Source: a virus
Strand: one strand, 5' to 3'
Virus record (IMG/VR): IMGVR_UViG_3300045988_047610
Location: 1-34,166 of that record
Length of the DNA: 34,166 nucleotides
Part shown: in pieces, positions 16,790 to 27,000 of the stretch
How positions within the stretch are numbered: the stretch's first letter is position 1
How the letters are laid out: each line of letters opens with the position of its first letter
Program-made: the position numbers and the translations under genes
Notes under the pieces: model-generated
What the model was told of the DNA's origin: nothing
The model's input: the letters and a program-made list of their open reading frames with translations, nothing else
Database searches by the model: none

Positions 16790-17231
16790 TGTAGAGTCTA
16801 ACGAAATATTAGATGAACAGTTGGAATATATCCAATACATTAACGCAGCCATTGACTGGCTAACTACTATTCTAGTTAGCATTAAAGACCGCGAAGTAGT
16901 TAAGAATACAGATATACCGAATTTGAAAGCGGTTCCGTCCGATTTCATGGGGTTCGTTCCTAAAAGCGGTTATCCTATCCGCATCATTAATGGAACATTT
17001 GAAACCTATGACGGGGAAACAGTTAACCAAGTATTTTATAGCGTACGGAAAAATCACGTTGACGAATTAGACGATACTATTCCGTTTTCTGAATTCTTTC
17101 ATCAGTATTTAGTGCAGCTTATATCTTTCATGGTTAAAAAGAAATCACTTATGACGGATTATGCTGCATATGATAAACAATTCATTGACTACATAACGGA
17201 ACAGATTAAGGCGGCAAGGGGTATAGCATAA
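16758..17231 (+). CDS. Virion structural protein (connector/adaptor candidate)
   Basis: Position. Overlaps its neighbours, which suggests translational coupling. Confidence 0.45.
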   Translation: MVVSELITLVNVESNEILDEQLEYIQYINAAIDWLTTILVSIKDREVVKNTDIPNLKAVPSDFMGFVPKSGYPIRIINGTFETYDGETVNQVFYSVRKNHVDELDDTIPFSEFFHQYLVQLISFMVKKKSLMTDYAAYDKQFIDYITEQIKAARGIA

Positions 17232-18649
17232 TGGGCGTTAAACAGGTGGCAACTACAAACGGGTTCCGGCTGGGCCTTGATTGGAGCAACCCGCCGGAAA
17301 ATATCGACGTGCAAGCGCTAACACAGGCGCAACAATGCGAATTCGATAGAACGGATAACGCACTCCGTACCGTTCCGGGTATTCGTGTATTGTATGATTT
17401 CGGACTACCAGTAGAAACGCTATATTATGATGTGTATCGTAACAAATGGTACTTTTCTAGTAGCAGAAATTTGTATGAAACCGATTTCAATACAAACAAA
17501 TTACTAGGTACGTTAAGTGGTACAAGTAAGCCTAAATATCATGCGTTCGGTGGTGATATTCTCATAGCCAGCGGTGATAAGTTACAAGCCATTTCGGGTG
17601 CTGGTAAGTTATATACTACTGAAAGTCCTATGTGCGATATGGTATCCAGTCATGCCGGCCGCGTACTGATTGCATCGACTAATTCGCATAGGTTGAATTG
17701 GTCGGCAGTTGGCGACTACAATGCATGGAACCATATCAGCAACGATGCATCAAGCGCACAATATGTGGACGTTGGCTATAAAGACCAAGGCAGCATCATT
17801 GCAGTTGATTTCTTATCTAGGGCAGTCATTGTATATAAGGAATACGGGCGCGTGTATCAAGTAATTGGCACGCCAGATGCACAGAATTTAACTGTATATC
17901 CGTTATCCTCTACCGGTTATTGTAGCGGCGCGACGGTAAGCGTTGATGATCGTAGCTATTATTTAGGTGAACAAGGCTTTATGTCTTTTATGCCTACTAA
18001 TACCTATGCAGAAATACAACCGTTTGAAACTGGTTTAAATATCAACTCTTATCTATTGAAGTACATAACCAAAGATTGCGAAGTATGGCACGTAGCCAGC
18101 CGAAAACAAATATGGATTAAGCCATATAACGGCGATATGGTATTCATGTATCACTACTTGCCGCGGTATGAGGACGGGCGCGGGGTTTTCACATCAAGAA
18201 AATTCACGCATAGCATTAATGCGGTTGTTGATGTAAACAAAGAAACCTATATTGCGTATGGTAATAAAATCGGTATCCTTGATGAAACTATAGATACAGA
18301 TGATGCGGCGCAAATCCAAACGTCAATAGTAAGCGGTAATAGATTGGCAACAAGACAATTCATATTAATTATGAACTACAATTTTGTAACGCATAATCTT
18401 ATTCCCGGTCATGGGACTATTGGTATCTCAAATAAGAAACCTAAGCCGATTGAATTCGCTAGTAAGTCGGTTAAAACCTACTATGCGAATTTTAAGACCT
18501 ACGATTATAAAGCATTGATGAATGTCAACGAATACACGAAGGCTTATAAAATTGGCGGCGGTGCAAATCGTAATGTACAATTCAAAATCAATGTTCAAAA
18601 GGGCGCTATTTCATTACGCCAGTTAGATTACACATATGAGGAAGTTTAA
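17231..18649 (+). CDS. Tail structural protein (472 aa)
   Basis: Position between connector genes and the fibre gene. TAATG overlap with the upstream gene. Confidence 0.45.
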   Translation: MGVKQVATTNGFRLGLDWSNPPENIDVQALTQAQQCEFDRTDNALRTVPGIRVLYDFGLPVETLYYDVYRNKWYFSSSRNLYETDFNTNKLLGTLSGTSKPKYHAFGGDILIASGDKLQAISGAGKLYTTESPMCDMVSSHAGRVLIASTNSHRLNWSAVGDYNAWNHISNDASSAQYVDVGYKDQGSIIAVDFLSRAVIVYKEYGRVYQVIGTPDAQNLTVYPLSSTGYCSGATVSVDDRSYYLGEQGFMSFMPTNTYAEIQPFETGLNINSYLLKYITKDCEVWHVASRKQIWIKPYNGDMVFMYHYLPRYEDGRGVFTSRKFTHSINAVVDVNKETYIAYGNKIGILDETIDTDDAAQIQTSIVSGNRLATRQFILIMNYNFVTHNLIPGHGTIGISNKKPKPIEFASKSVKTYYANFKTYDYKALMNVNEYTKAYKIGGGANRNVQFKINVQKGAISLRQLDYTYEEV

Positions 18650-18652
18650 TAT

Positions 18653-19906
18653 ATGGCATACAAAGAAAAATACCCTTTGGATATAACACCACAGGGCGAC
18701 ACAGTCCCGGAAAGTATTAAGAAAAACCGCGACGAAATATTAAACGTTGCGCAGCAAATGGAATTAAAATCCAGCGGCGGTGGTGGTACGGGTGGCGGCG
18801 GTGCTGGCGGTGGCCTACGTAATAGAGTGTTGAGCGGTAAAGTAAGCAATGGTGAATTTTCATTCTTAACCGGTGATAACCTAAGCGTAATGATTGACGG
18901 TAGCCAAACGCCTGTATTGTTATCATTCGCCGACGGTTTCAACGATTACGGCGCGGTGGATTATATTCAAACGATTAACCGTAAACAAAGCGCATGGAGT
19001 CTACCGGCCAATAATACATCGTATTTATACGTTGAACGTTCAGCATCTGGCGGCCTAACTTATGGCAGTACAACGCTTGAACCGATGCGACAACCAAATG
19101 CACCAGCAGCGGCAACGGATAAAATGTACTACAATACTACAAACGAAAAAATGTATGTGTATACTGGTACATACTGGAAAGAAATATTGCGCGTGGTGGT
19201 AGCGATTGCCGTTACAGATGCAACGCGTGTTAAGTCAATCAAGTATTATGATCCAAACGTAAACACCGCGACAGATGCCGTAATTGGTACGCGTACAGTT
19301 GACGGTAAAGCGTATGTATTAACGGATATTCTTAATCAAATGGCGGAAGCTATTAAAAAGATTGCTGGTGATGCTAACTTTACCAATAACCCAAGCCGTA
19401 CACTAAAAACAATCACGGATACGGTAAACGGATTAAGTAGTGCATATTATCGCAAAACTGATACAGTAGCCAACGCGACGCATGCAGTTAGCGCAGATAC
19501 CGCAACGCGGGCCAATTCAGCCGCAACGGCGGATAACGTCGCATTGTGCGTTAAGAAGGCCGGCGATACTATGACGGGTACGTTAAAGGTTCCGGGCCTT
19601 ACCAATGACTCAATCGATTTAGATTATCTTGCCAATAACAAGGCGGGTTATAGCGGTTTTACGTTCGGCGAATTAAATAACTACCGTATATGGGGTACTG
19701 CTTATTGGGGTATTGGTGCTATGTTTCCGTGGAATACAAGCCAAGATCGCATATTAGGTACTCAGCTTTATTTTGCTAACAGTAACGCGGCCTTTATTCG
19801 TTTTGATACAAATACCAAGGGCATGACTGAATGGCAACGCATCGCAACGTTTGAAAATAATAACACGTTGTTATTCCCAAATGGCGCAAGGTTGAAGGTG
19901 GAATAA
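18653..19906 (+). CDS. Tail fibre / receptor-binding protein
   Basis: KKAGDTMTGTLKV motif is common in phage tail fibres. Gly-rich hinge SGGGGTGGGGAGGG. Repeated Ala/Thr-rich ATxA segments. Confidence 0.6.
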   Translation: MAYKEKYPLDITPQGDTVPESIKKNRDEILNVAQQMELKSSGGGGTGGGGAGGGLRNRVLSGKVSNGEFSFLTGDNLSVMIDGSQTPVLLSFADGFNDYGAVDYIQTINRKQSAWSLPANNTSYLYVERSASGGLTYGSTTLEPMRQPNAPAAATDKMYYNTTNEKMYVYTGTYWKEILRVVVAIAVTDATRVKSIKYYDPNVNTATDAVIGTRTVDGKAYVLTDILNQMAEAIKKIAGDANFTNNPSRTLKTITDTVNGLSSAYYRKTDTVANATHAVSADTATRANSAATADNVALCVKKAGDTMTGTLKVPGLTNDSIDLDYLANNKAGYSGFTFGELNNYRIWGTAYWGIGAMFPWNTSQDRILGTQLYFANSNAAFIRFDTNTKGMTEWQRIATFENNNTLLFPNGARLKVE

Positions 19907-19907
19907 T

Positions 19908-20387
19908 ATGCCTAATCTAGTACTAGAATATAACGGCCAAATTTACCGGTTCGGATTAACTGCAAATGCAGCAGTAACAAACGGCCAAAATATTAAGGTT
20001 CCATTTAATGGAACGGAACTATACGCACGCATCGGAAATGACAATACACCGTTAAAGGTTATTAAAAACGGAAGCACGTATTCGGTACAGTATAATCCGG
20101 TTGCTTTTAATAATATTTATGTAGATAGACCGGCAAGTGATCGTTCAGAATGGCGTAACACAGTATTTTTCCCAAGTGGGAATTATCGTATCACAATAGA
20201 CGGAAGCACGCGCGATAGTCGAGAAATACGCATTAATGATAACAGAAACCTTGAAATAGTAATGAGTATTATCGGCCAAGGGTATGGCAATCAGCGTTTA
20301 AAACTGACTATTAGCGGATATTATGACAGGCAATTACAAGCCGGAAGCAATCGCAATAAATTCAGTATAGAACGAATAGGGGATTAA
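19908..20387 (+). CDS. Hypothetical tail-associated protein (159 aa)
   Basis: ORF with GAAGGTGGA SD, located downstream of the fibre gene. Confidence 0.45.
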   Translation: MPNLVLEYNGQIYRFGLTANAAVTNGQNIKVPFNGTELYARIGNDNTPLKVIKNGSTYSVQYNPVAFNNIYVDRPASDRSEWRNTVFFPSGNYRITIDGSTRDSREIRINDNRNLEIVMSIIGQGYGNQRLKLTISGYYDRQLQAGSNRNKFSIERIGD

Positions 20388-20806
20388 TGATGCAACTTGA
20401 AAGCCTTGAAAGCATGATTAAAGACTATGAACGGCGCACGGGTGAACGTGTTAGTCTTGAAGGGTTTTATTTCGATGAAAATAATAACTACAAAGACAAA
20501 TATAATTACTATTTCAAGTGGTTCCCTAATGCTGGGTTCTTGTTCTGGACTATCAACGAACATGACGGCCAACGGTATTTTACTATCTGGCAGACATACG
20601 GCGATATGAAAGTTATAGGCAAGTACATCGTGGAAGTAATGAAGATGAATGATCTTGATGTAATTGTAACGGCAACACATCGAAGCGTGCGCGGTTTCAT
20701 TAAAAAGTGGAACATGGAACGCGTTCCAACTATGGACTATACCTATAATGGGTTTAATTACAAAGTGCTAAAGACGGTGCGAAAACACCTTGAAGCTACT
20801 TTGTAG
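20387..20806 (+). CDS. Hypothetical protein (139 aa)
   Basis: ORF with a TAATG overlap with the upstream gene. No secure motif. Confidence 0.45.
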   Translation: MMQLESLESMIKDYERRTGERVSLEGFYFDENNNYKDKYNYYFKWFPNAGFLFWTINEHDGQRYFTIWQTYGDMKVIGKYIVEVMKMNDLDVIVTATHRSVRGFIKKWNMERVPTMDYTYNGFNYKVLKTVRKHLEATL

Positions 20807-20817
20807 AAAGGAAAAGC

Positions 20818-22392
20818 ATGTTTAAATTTGACTTGCAATTATTTGGCGGCGGCGGTAAAAAGTCGAAGGTAAGCAGCATTGATGCCAAACTACCTACGGC
20901 AACGGCCGACGAAAAGCAACTATTACAAGGCCAAATGAATTGGATTAATAATACCAATCAAAGCGCCAACACCTTGCAAGGTATGGGCGATGCGGCCTTG
21001 AATAACGTGATAACGCCAGAATACGGCAATATGTATAATTCGTATTTAGGCGCTAACCGCGGCAATCAAAATGCAATCGGGGCGTTACAAAATCAAGTTT
21101 CTACGGCCGGCGCCAAGAATTTAACTGATAACACGCGGTATGCAAATCAGTTAGCGGCAAGCGTTGATACTATGAACAACGGCGCAAGCCAGTTAGCCAA
21201 CGAATACAACGGCGCATTATTACAAAATCAAAATGCTATGGATAGCATCACAAACGGCCAACTACCTACAGGCTATGCAGATGCCAGACGGCAAGCGTTA
21301 AACAATGATTTACAGGCAACTGTAGGCAATGCAGTTTCTGGCCTAGCAAGTCGCGGTATTGTGAATTCATCTATTACAGATAATGCATTAAATGATATTA
21401 GCAAGAACGCATCAAATACACTTGCGGCACAATATTCAAATGATTTAGGCCAAGCGGCGGCACTCAATACGCAAGCGCTTAACAATAATTTAAGCGGTAT
21501 CGGTGCGAAAATGGGCCTTTGGGGTAATACCTACAACAACAATCAAAACGGTATTATTAATCAAGCAAATCTAATGAACCAAGGTTATGCAAATCAAATG
21601 AATAATGCGGGCACTGCTGCCGGCCTAGTAGGTCAGCGCGAAGGGTTAGCGCAAAACCCTATTAATACAGGCGCAACAACACAAAGCGCGGCAATTCAAC
21701 CGGCCAAAGATTACTACTCTATGAGCCAGTTAAATAACGCGGATCAAGAAGATTTACTTAACAGATTTATGTCATTACGCTATGGACTAGCACAACCAGC
21801 ACAAACAATGGTTAAGCAAGGTTCCGGCGGTTTCTTTGGAGGACTTATGAAAGGTTTTTGTTTTGTAGCGGGTACTGAAATTGCAACACCAGAAGGTGGC
21901 AAGGTTATTGAAATGTTTGTAAATGGTGATACTGTTATCACGTTGGGTGCGGTTAATGATGTAATTGCATTGCATGATATGGGCGAAAAAGAAACACATC
22001 GCCTTGAAACTGTATCCTTTGGCGTAACAACCACAGGCACGGAAAAGGTATTGACTCCGGAAGGTTTGAAATTAGTTAGTGAATTGGTAGTTGGTGAAGT
22101 TATTATGACGGTTAATGCTTATGAACCGGTTACATTAAGCGAAGCAACTGGCAATACTGAACATGTATATGAATTGCAATGTACTGGCGATAATCTTTTT
22201 TATGCTAACGGCATTATGGCGGAAGGCATCAACGAAGATGAATTGAAAGCTATTGCAGATGCATCGGAAGAAAAGCCAGCTAAGAAAACTACAAAAAAAT
22301 CCAGTAAGAAAGATGAAACTGTAGAGGAAGCAACCGAAGAAGCAGCAACTGAAGAAGCAGCAACCGAAGATAATAAGAAAGTAGAGGAATAA
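20818..22392 (+). CDS. Internal/ejection-type virion protein: Prp-like N-terminal cleavage motif, N/Q-rich body, C-terminal Hint (intein-like) domain, K/E-rich tail
   Basis: MFKFDLQLFGGGGKKSKVSS resembles the Firmicutes L27 pro-sequence. Cys348 sits in GF-CFVAGTEIATPEGG...GD.V, a Hint block A. The domain ends ...HVYELQCTGDNLFYANGIMAEG. Confidence 0.7.
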   Translation: MFKFDLQLFGGGGKKSKVSSIDAKLPTATADEKQLLQGQMNWINNTNQSANTLQGMGDAALNNVITPEYGNMYNSYLGANRGNQNAIGALQNQVSTAGAKNLTDNTRYANQLAASVDTMNNGASQLANEYNGALLQNQNAMDSITNGQLPTGYADARRQALNNDLQATVGNAVSGLASRGIVNSSITDNALNDISKNASNTLAAQYSNDLGQAAALNTQALNNNLSGIGAKMGLWGNTYNNNQNGIINQANLMNQGYANQMNNAGTAAGLVGQREGLAQNPINTGATTQSAAIQPAKDYYSMSQLNNADQEDLLNRFMSLRYGLAQPAQTMVKQGSGGFFGGLMKGFCFVAGTEIATPEGGKVIEMFVNGDTVITLGAVNDVIALHDMGEKETHRLETVSFGVTTTGTEKVLTPEGLKLVSELVVGEVIMTVNAYEPVTLSEATGNTEHVYELQCTGDNLFYANGIMAEGINEDELKAIADASEEKPAKKTTKKSSKKDETVEEATEEAATEEAATEDNKKVEE

Positions 22393-22396
22393 CACA

Positions 22397-24049
22397 ATGG
22401 GCGTTATCTACGTAAAAGACTTTGAACCGTGGGCGGCGTTAGGCGAATTAGCCGGTCAATATTTCTCTCACCGTTTAGGGGCATTACAAAATAATAAAAT
22501 GGCTAAAGGCTATCAAGCAATGCTAGGCGGTGGCGGTGGTGCTGGCGGGGAACAAGACCCGAACACGCCGCAAATTGTGGATAATAATAACCGCATGGCT
22601 GGAATGGGTATGCAACAACCTAATAGCGCCGGTCAAATCAACCAGTTATTATCTAATTCCAATAACACATTTGCCAATAACTTGATGCAAAAGAATAATA
22701 TCGGATTATGGGGCGGTCAAAATCCAGCAGCACCAGCACAACCGATGCAAGCTAACACAGATGCACCGGCTAACCCTGTTACTGATCAACGCTTTAACGC
22801 TTATATGAATGAGCCAAGTCCTACGTTACAAAAGCAGTTGCAAGCACAGGCAGCACAGGCACCAGCGGCGCCAGTACAACCGCAACAAAACACCGGATTA
22901 TGGAATTTCCAAAATCTAAATAATACTGGTATTAATAATGGCATGCCGCAAACATATCAAGAAATGATGCAGCAACGGGCAAACGCACCTTTTCATGGGG
23001 CGCCCAATTCGGCCGTAAATGGTAACGCCGATGCGGATAAAGCGCCGGGTCAATACTCTATACCAGATAAAGCAAGCGTAACAAGTGAAGCACGTAAACA
23101 ACTAGGGGCCAATACGTTGGCCCTAGTTAAAGCCGGTTTTGATTTTAAGACGGCGCAAGGTTTAGCAAGCGAACAATATCAAACTGACGTTAATAATATG
23201 TATATGCAGCAAGTCAACGAATATCAAGAAAAAGTGCTTGAACCAATGCGCCAGCAAATCATGAACAATCTTGTATTTACACAGGATAAAGACGGCAACC
23301 CGGTTGTAGATACCTATAACACAAAACGGGTTAAAGGATTGGCGCCAGCCGTAGCAAGATATAACTATCTAGCCGGTAAAGTTGGCGCTGGTACTATTGA
23401 TATGAATAACTTGAATTCTATTGCGGCACTTGATAAACCGGATTATAAATTTAGTAGTGCGCAAAACGGCCACATTGTACGATACAACATGGGCGACGGT
23501 ACTATTCAAGATATGGGCGGTTATGGCAAGGTTGAAACAAAACAATTTGCGAACGGTCAAGTTATTGTTATGACGCCAGACGGCCAAATGAAAAACATCG
23601 GAAACTTTGGTGCGAAAAACATTAAAGTTATGCCGGACGGTAAAACGTATATTGTTGGTACAGACGGCAGCATGAAATATGTAGGTACGCACGTTAAACC
23701 GGCAACGGCTACACAATCCGGTACTAGCGGATATAACGCGCAAGTATTACGTACGTTATCCGCACAACATACCGCATGGGTTAAAGCTAACCCAGACAAG
23801 GCAGAAACTGAAAGCCCTTATTATGGGCAATTACAAAGTGCATTAAGTGGTGCGCCTACTGCTGGCGGTGCTGGTGCGGCTGGAACGCCAACAGTTAAAC
23901 GGCAACCGACTTATTCAAGCGAAGAACAAGCAGCGGTTTCCAAGCGAATGAATGAACTTTCAGCGCAAGGCTGGAGCGATGATCAGATTGCAGCGGAACT
24001 TGATGCGGCCGGATACGGTCAATATAAATCGTGGTTAAAGTCTTATTAA
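22397..24049 (+). CDS. Internal virion protein, Q/N/P/A-rich (550 aa)
   Basis: Low-complexity N-terminal half (GGGGGAGG, QPQQN, AQAAQAPAAP). Position between two other large virion proteins. Confidence 0.5.
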   Translation: MGVIYVKDFEPWAALGELAGQYFSHRLGALQNNKMAKGYQAMLGGGGGAGGEQDPNTPQIVDNNNRMAGMGMQQPNSAGQINQLLSNSNNTFANNLMQKNNIGLWGGQNPAAPAQPMQANTDAPANPVTDQRFNAYMNEPSPTLQKQLQAQAAQAPAAPVQPQQNTGLWNFQNLNNTGINNGMPQTYQEMMQQRANAPFHGAPNSAVNGNADADKAPGQYSIPDKASVTSEARKQLGANTLALVKAGFDFKTAQGLASEQYQTDVNNMYMQQVNEYQEKVLEPMRQQIMNNLVFTQDKDGNPVVDTYNTKRVKGLAPAVARYNYLAGKVGAGTIDMNNLNSIAALDKPDYKFSSAQNGHIVRYNMGDGTIQDMGGYGKVETKQFANGQVIVMTPDGQMKNIGNFGAKNIKVMPDGKTYIVGTDGSMKYVGTHVKPATATQSGTSGYNAQVLRTLSAQHTAWVKANPDKAETESPYYGQLQSALSGAPTAGGAGAAGTPTVKRQPTYSSEEQAAVSKRMNELSAQGWSDDQIAAELDAAGYGQYKSWLKSY

Positions 24050-24066
24050 ATATAAAGGGGTAGACT

Positions 24067-27000
24067 ATGGGTGCGTTTGATGATATTACAAGCCAATACG
24101 GCAAGGCAGCTGGAAACGGTAACGCCTTTGAAGATATAACAACCGAATACGGTTATGACGTAGGCAACGCGCCCAAGCCTACGTTTTGGGATAGCGTTAA
24201 AAATAATGCCGAATATGTTGCTAATGGCGTTAAAAACAATATTGAATGGATTGATAAAACCGGCAAAGAAATTAACGACAATGTAGGCAATACCTTAACC
24301 AACTGGAAAGATGATGTAGTAAACAAAGCTAACAATCTAGGTAATGAGTATTCTAAAAGTGCTGCTAATGCGATTGATGCTAATGGCGATAACTTTTCTA
24401 AATTTGATGATAATGGGGAGTTTATCGACGAATACGCTACACCGGGGTTAGGTAAAGCGCACGTAGAAACATATAATGCCGCAGTTGGTAAGCCGGCCGG
24501 ATATCTGGCAATTACGCCATACGTTCCACCACCGGTGCGAATAGCTGCTGGCGTTCTTGCCGCGCCTACGATTGCAAGTGATACGGTTGATATGTATAAC
24601 GCCAATGCAACCGCAGAAAACGAAGGAACGGCACCAGACGGATTTTTAGGGAATAAACATGTTGCTACGGCGAAAAATCTTTTAGTAGACCCTGTGGCCG
24701 AGCCAGTAGAACGCTTAATTGACGACCCGGGGGAATTCGCTAAAAATATAGCCATGAACCCTACTAATTTATGGGGCGACGTATTTTTACCGGCTGCCAT
24801 GATACACGGGGCAACACCTAAGAAAGTAAGCGGTGCAATCGGTGAACGTGTAGGACGTGCAGCGGAACACATCAAAGAAAAGGCATCTAACGCCTTTGAA
24901 GATATTGGCGAACGTTTCACAAAAGATGCGCCAAAACTTGAAGAGGGCGTTATGTATAATGCCTTTGATGATGTACCAGTACCAGAAGAACCAAGTAACA
25001 CAGTAGAACCGCGCGAATACTCTGAAGGCGGTTTAAGCGGTCAACCTATGGAAGGTGAAACCGGTAATATCCAAGCGGATATATATAACCGATATCGTCA
25101 GAATGGTTTAAGCGACGTTGAAGCGGCTGCCATGACTGGTAATATTGGCGCCGAAAGTAGTTTTAGTACGACTGTTACAAGTGGCGACGGCTACGGTTCC
25201 CGTGGTTTGGTTCAATTTACTGGTGATAGATTGAACGGCGAAAAAGGTTTGTTAAAATTTGCAGAAAATCGTGGGTTAGATCCGTGGGATTGGAGAACGC
25301 AAGTTGATTTCAGCGTATGGGAATTGCATAATACCGAAAGCGCTGCACTTGAAGCGATGCGCGCAAGACCAGATGCAACACCGGAAGAAATGGCCGTTAT
25401 CATACGAAAAAATTATGAAAGACCAGACCCAGCAGTTGCACATGATGATGTGCGGGCGCAAATCGCTAAAGAAACATTCGACGGCAACTATGGTAAATAT
25501 GAAAATAGGCCACGCGATAATACATCGTTTAAAGATAGTACGCTAGACCCTAATTATCGAAGCTATGAGCAACCGTTCAAAGATGAGTTTATAGAAAACG
25601 AAAAACCAGTAAGCGGCGAAGAACCACATACCGATTTAAACAGTTTTGTAGAAAATACCGATAAAAAACAGGCTAAAAACGAAAATTTAGGTATAAACTA
25701 TCAAGGCGAAGGTGAAACGACCCGTACAGGCGAAATAAATGAATTTCAACCGAAAGACCGCATAAATACTGACTTTGTAGAGGGTGAAAAACCTAAAATT
25801 GAAGAAAAAGCACTTGAAAACGATGCAAATACTCAATTTAGGTATGAAGAAGATGCACCAAACGAAAGTTTACGAAATGCACTTGACGATTTACCGCAAA
25901 AAGCAAAAGAAACTATCATAAATGAATTGAAAAATGATGCATCTGAACCACGATATACCGAATTAGAAAATAAAGTACAATCTAATACGGAAATATTGAA
26001 AGATTTAAACAAAGCCACAAAGCCAGATATTCCAAAAACGGAACTTGATGCGGTTAAGGTTCGATTATCTGAAAGCCTAGATGTACCTGTTGAACGATTG
26101 AACAACGAATACATGGAAACGGTTCGCCGTGATCGTGCTGCCGAATTAATCACAGATACGCAAGAATTGAAATTAATGCAAGCGGAACCGGCAGAAGGTG
26201 GCGTGAGCAAATACGCGCAGCAACCTAGCCAGCTATTAGACAATGCAACGCACGAGCAAGTACGCGATGCCGTTGTAAAAGCCTTTGACGGCAACGAAGC
26301 AATGGCGAATAGATACATGGAAAGTAAAGGCGTTAGACCTACGGAACCGCTACAATATAGCGCAAGGGGTAACGAAACGCCACATACTGGCATTGATGAA
26401 GTAGGGCGGTTAGGCCGAAGCGTAACACGTAAGGAAATTCTTGATGCGGTTAATAACCTATTCAATCAACGCGTGAAAAGTGGCCGTTTGGGCCGTCCTA
26501 ACGTGCGCGGCTGGTACAATACTAAAACCGATGTAATCCGTAGCGGTAATTATGGCGAAATTCCAACAATCATGCATGAGTTAGGCCATTATGTGGATAA
26601 CTATTTTAATTTTAGTAAAGATGCACGATTTAATAACGAATTTAACGGCGTAATTCAAGACCGGTTCGGTAAAGCCTACAACAAATTAGGTATGGACGGC
26701 ATACGCGGCGAAGGTTACGCAGAATTTTTCAAAGACTATGTAAGTGATCGAGCAAAAGCAAAACGGGAATTCCCAGAATTCTATAAGCACTTTACGGAAG
26801 CGATTGCAAAAGAACCGGAATTAAACGGTATTACAAATAAATTATCTCAACTGGTTCATGAATGGCACCGTCAAGGCGGGGCGGAACGTATCAAAGGTAG
26901 TATTTCGTTTGAAAGTAAAGGTAAAGTAAGCCAAGCCATTGATGCGGTTAAGCGTGGCGAAGCTAAAGACGTAATTAAAAAAGCGTTAAATGATGTATAC

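Noticed and set aside
22300-22375. The tandem nucleotide repeat gaagcagcaac(t/c)gaa as a regulatory repeat.
   Set aside because: It lies in-frame within the K/E-rich tail (EEATEEAATEEAATE) and is ordinary low-complexity coding sequence.
24153-25001. A long antisense ORF of 282 aa. Similar ones occur at 14260-14763, 15533-16051, 25833-26465, 26871-27275 and 29530-29970.
   Set aside because: All lie fully inside strongly supported + strand genes and lack SD sequences. Their Ser/Ala/Leu-rich low-complexity translations are typical of shadow ORFs.
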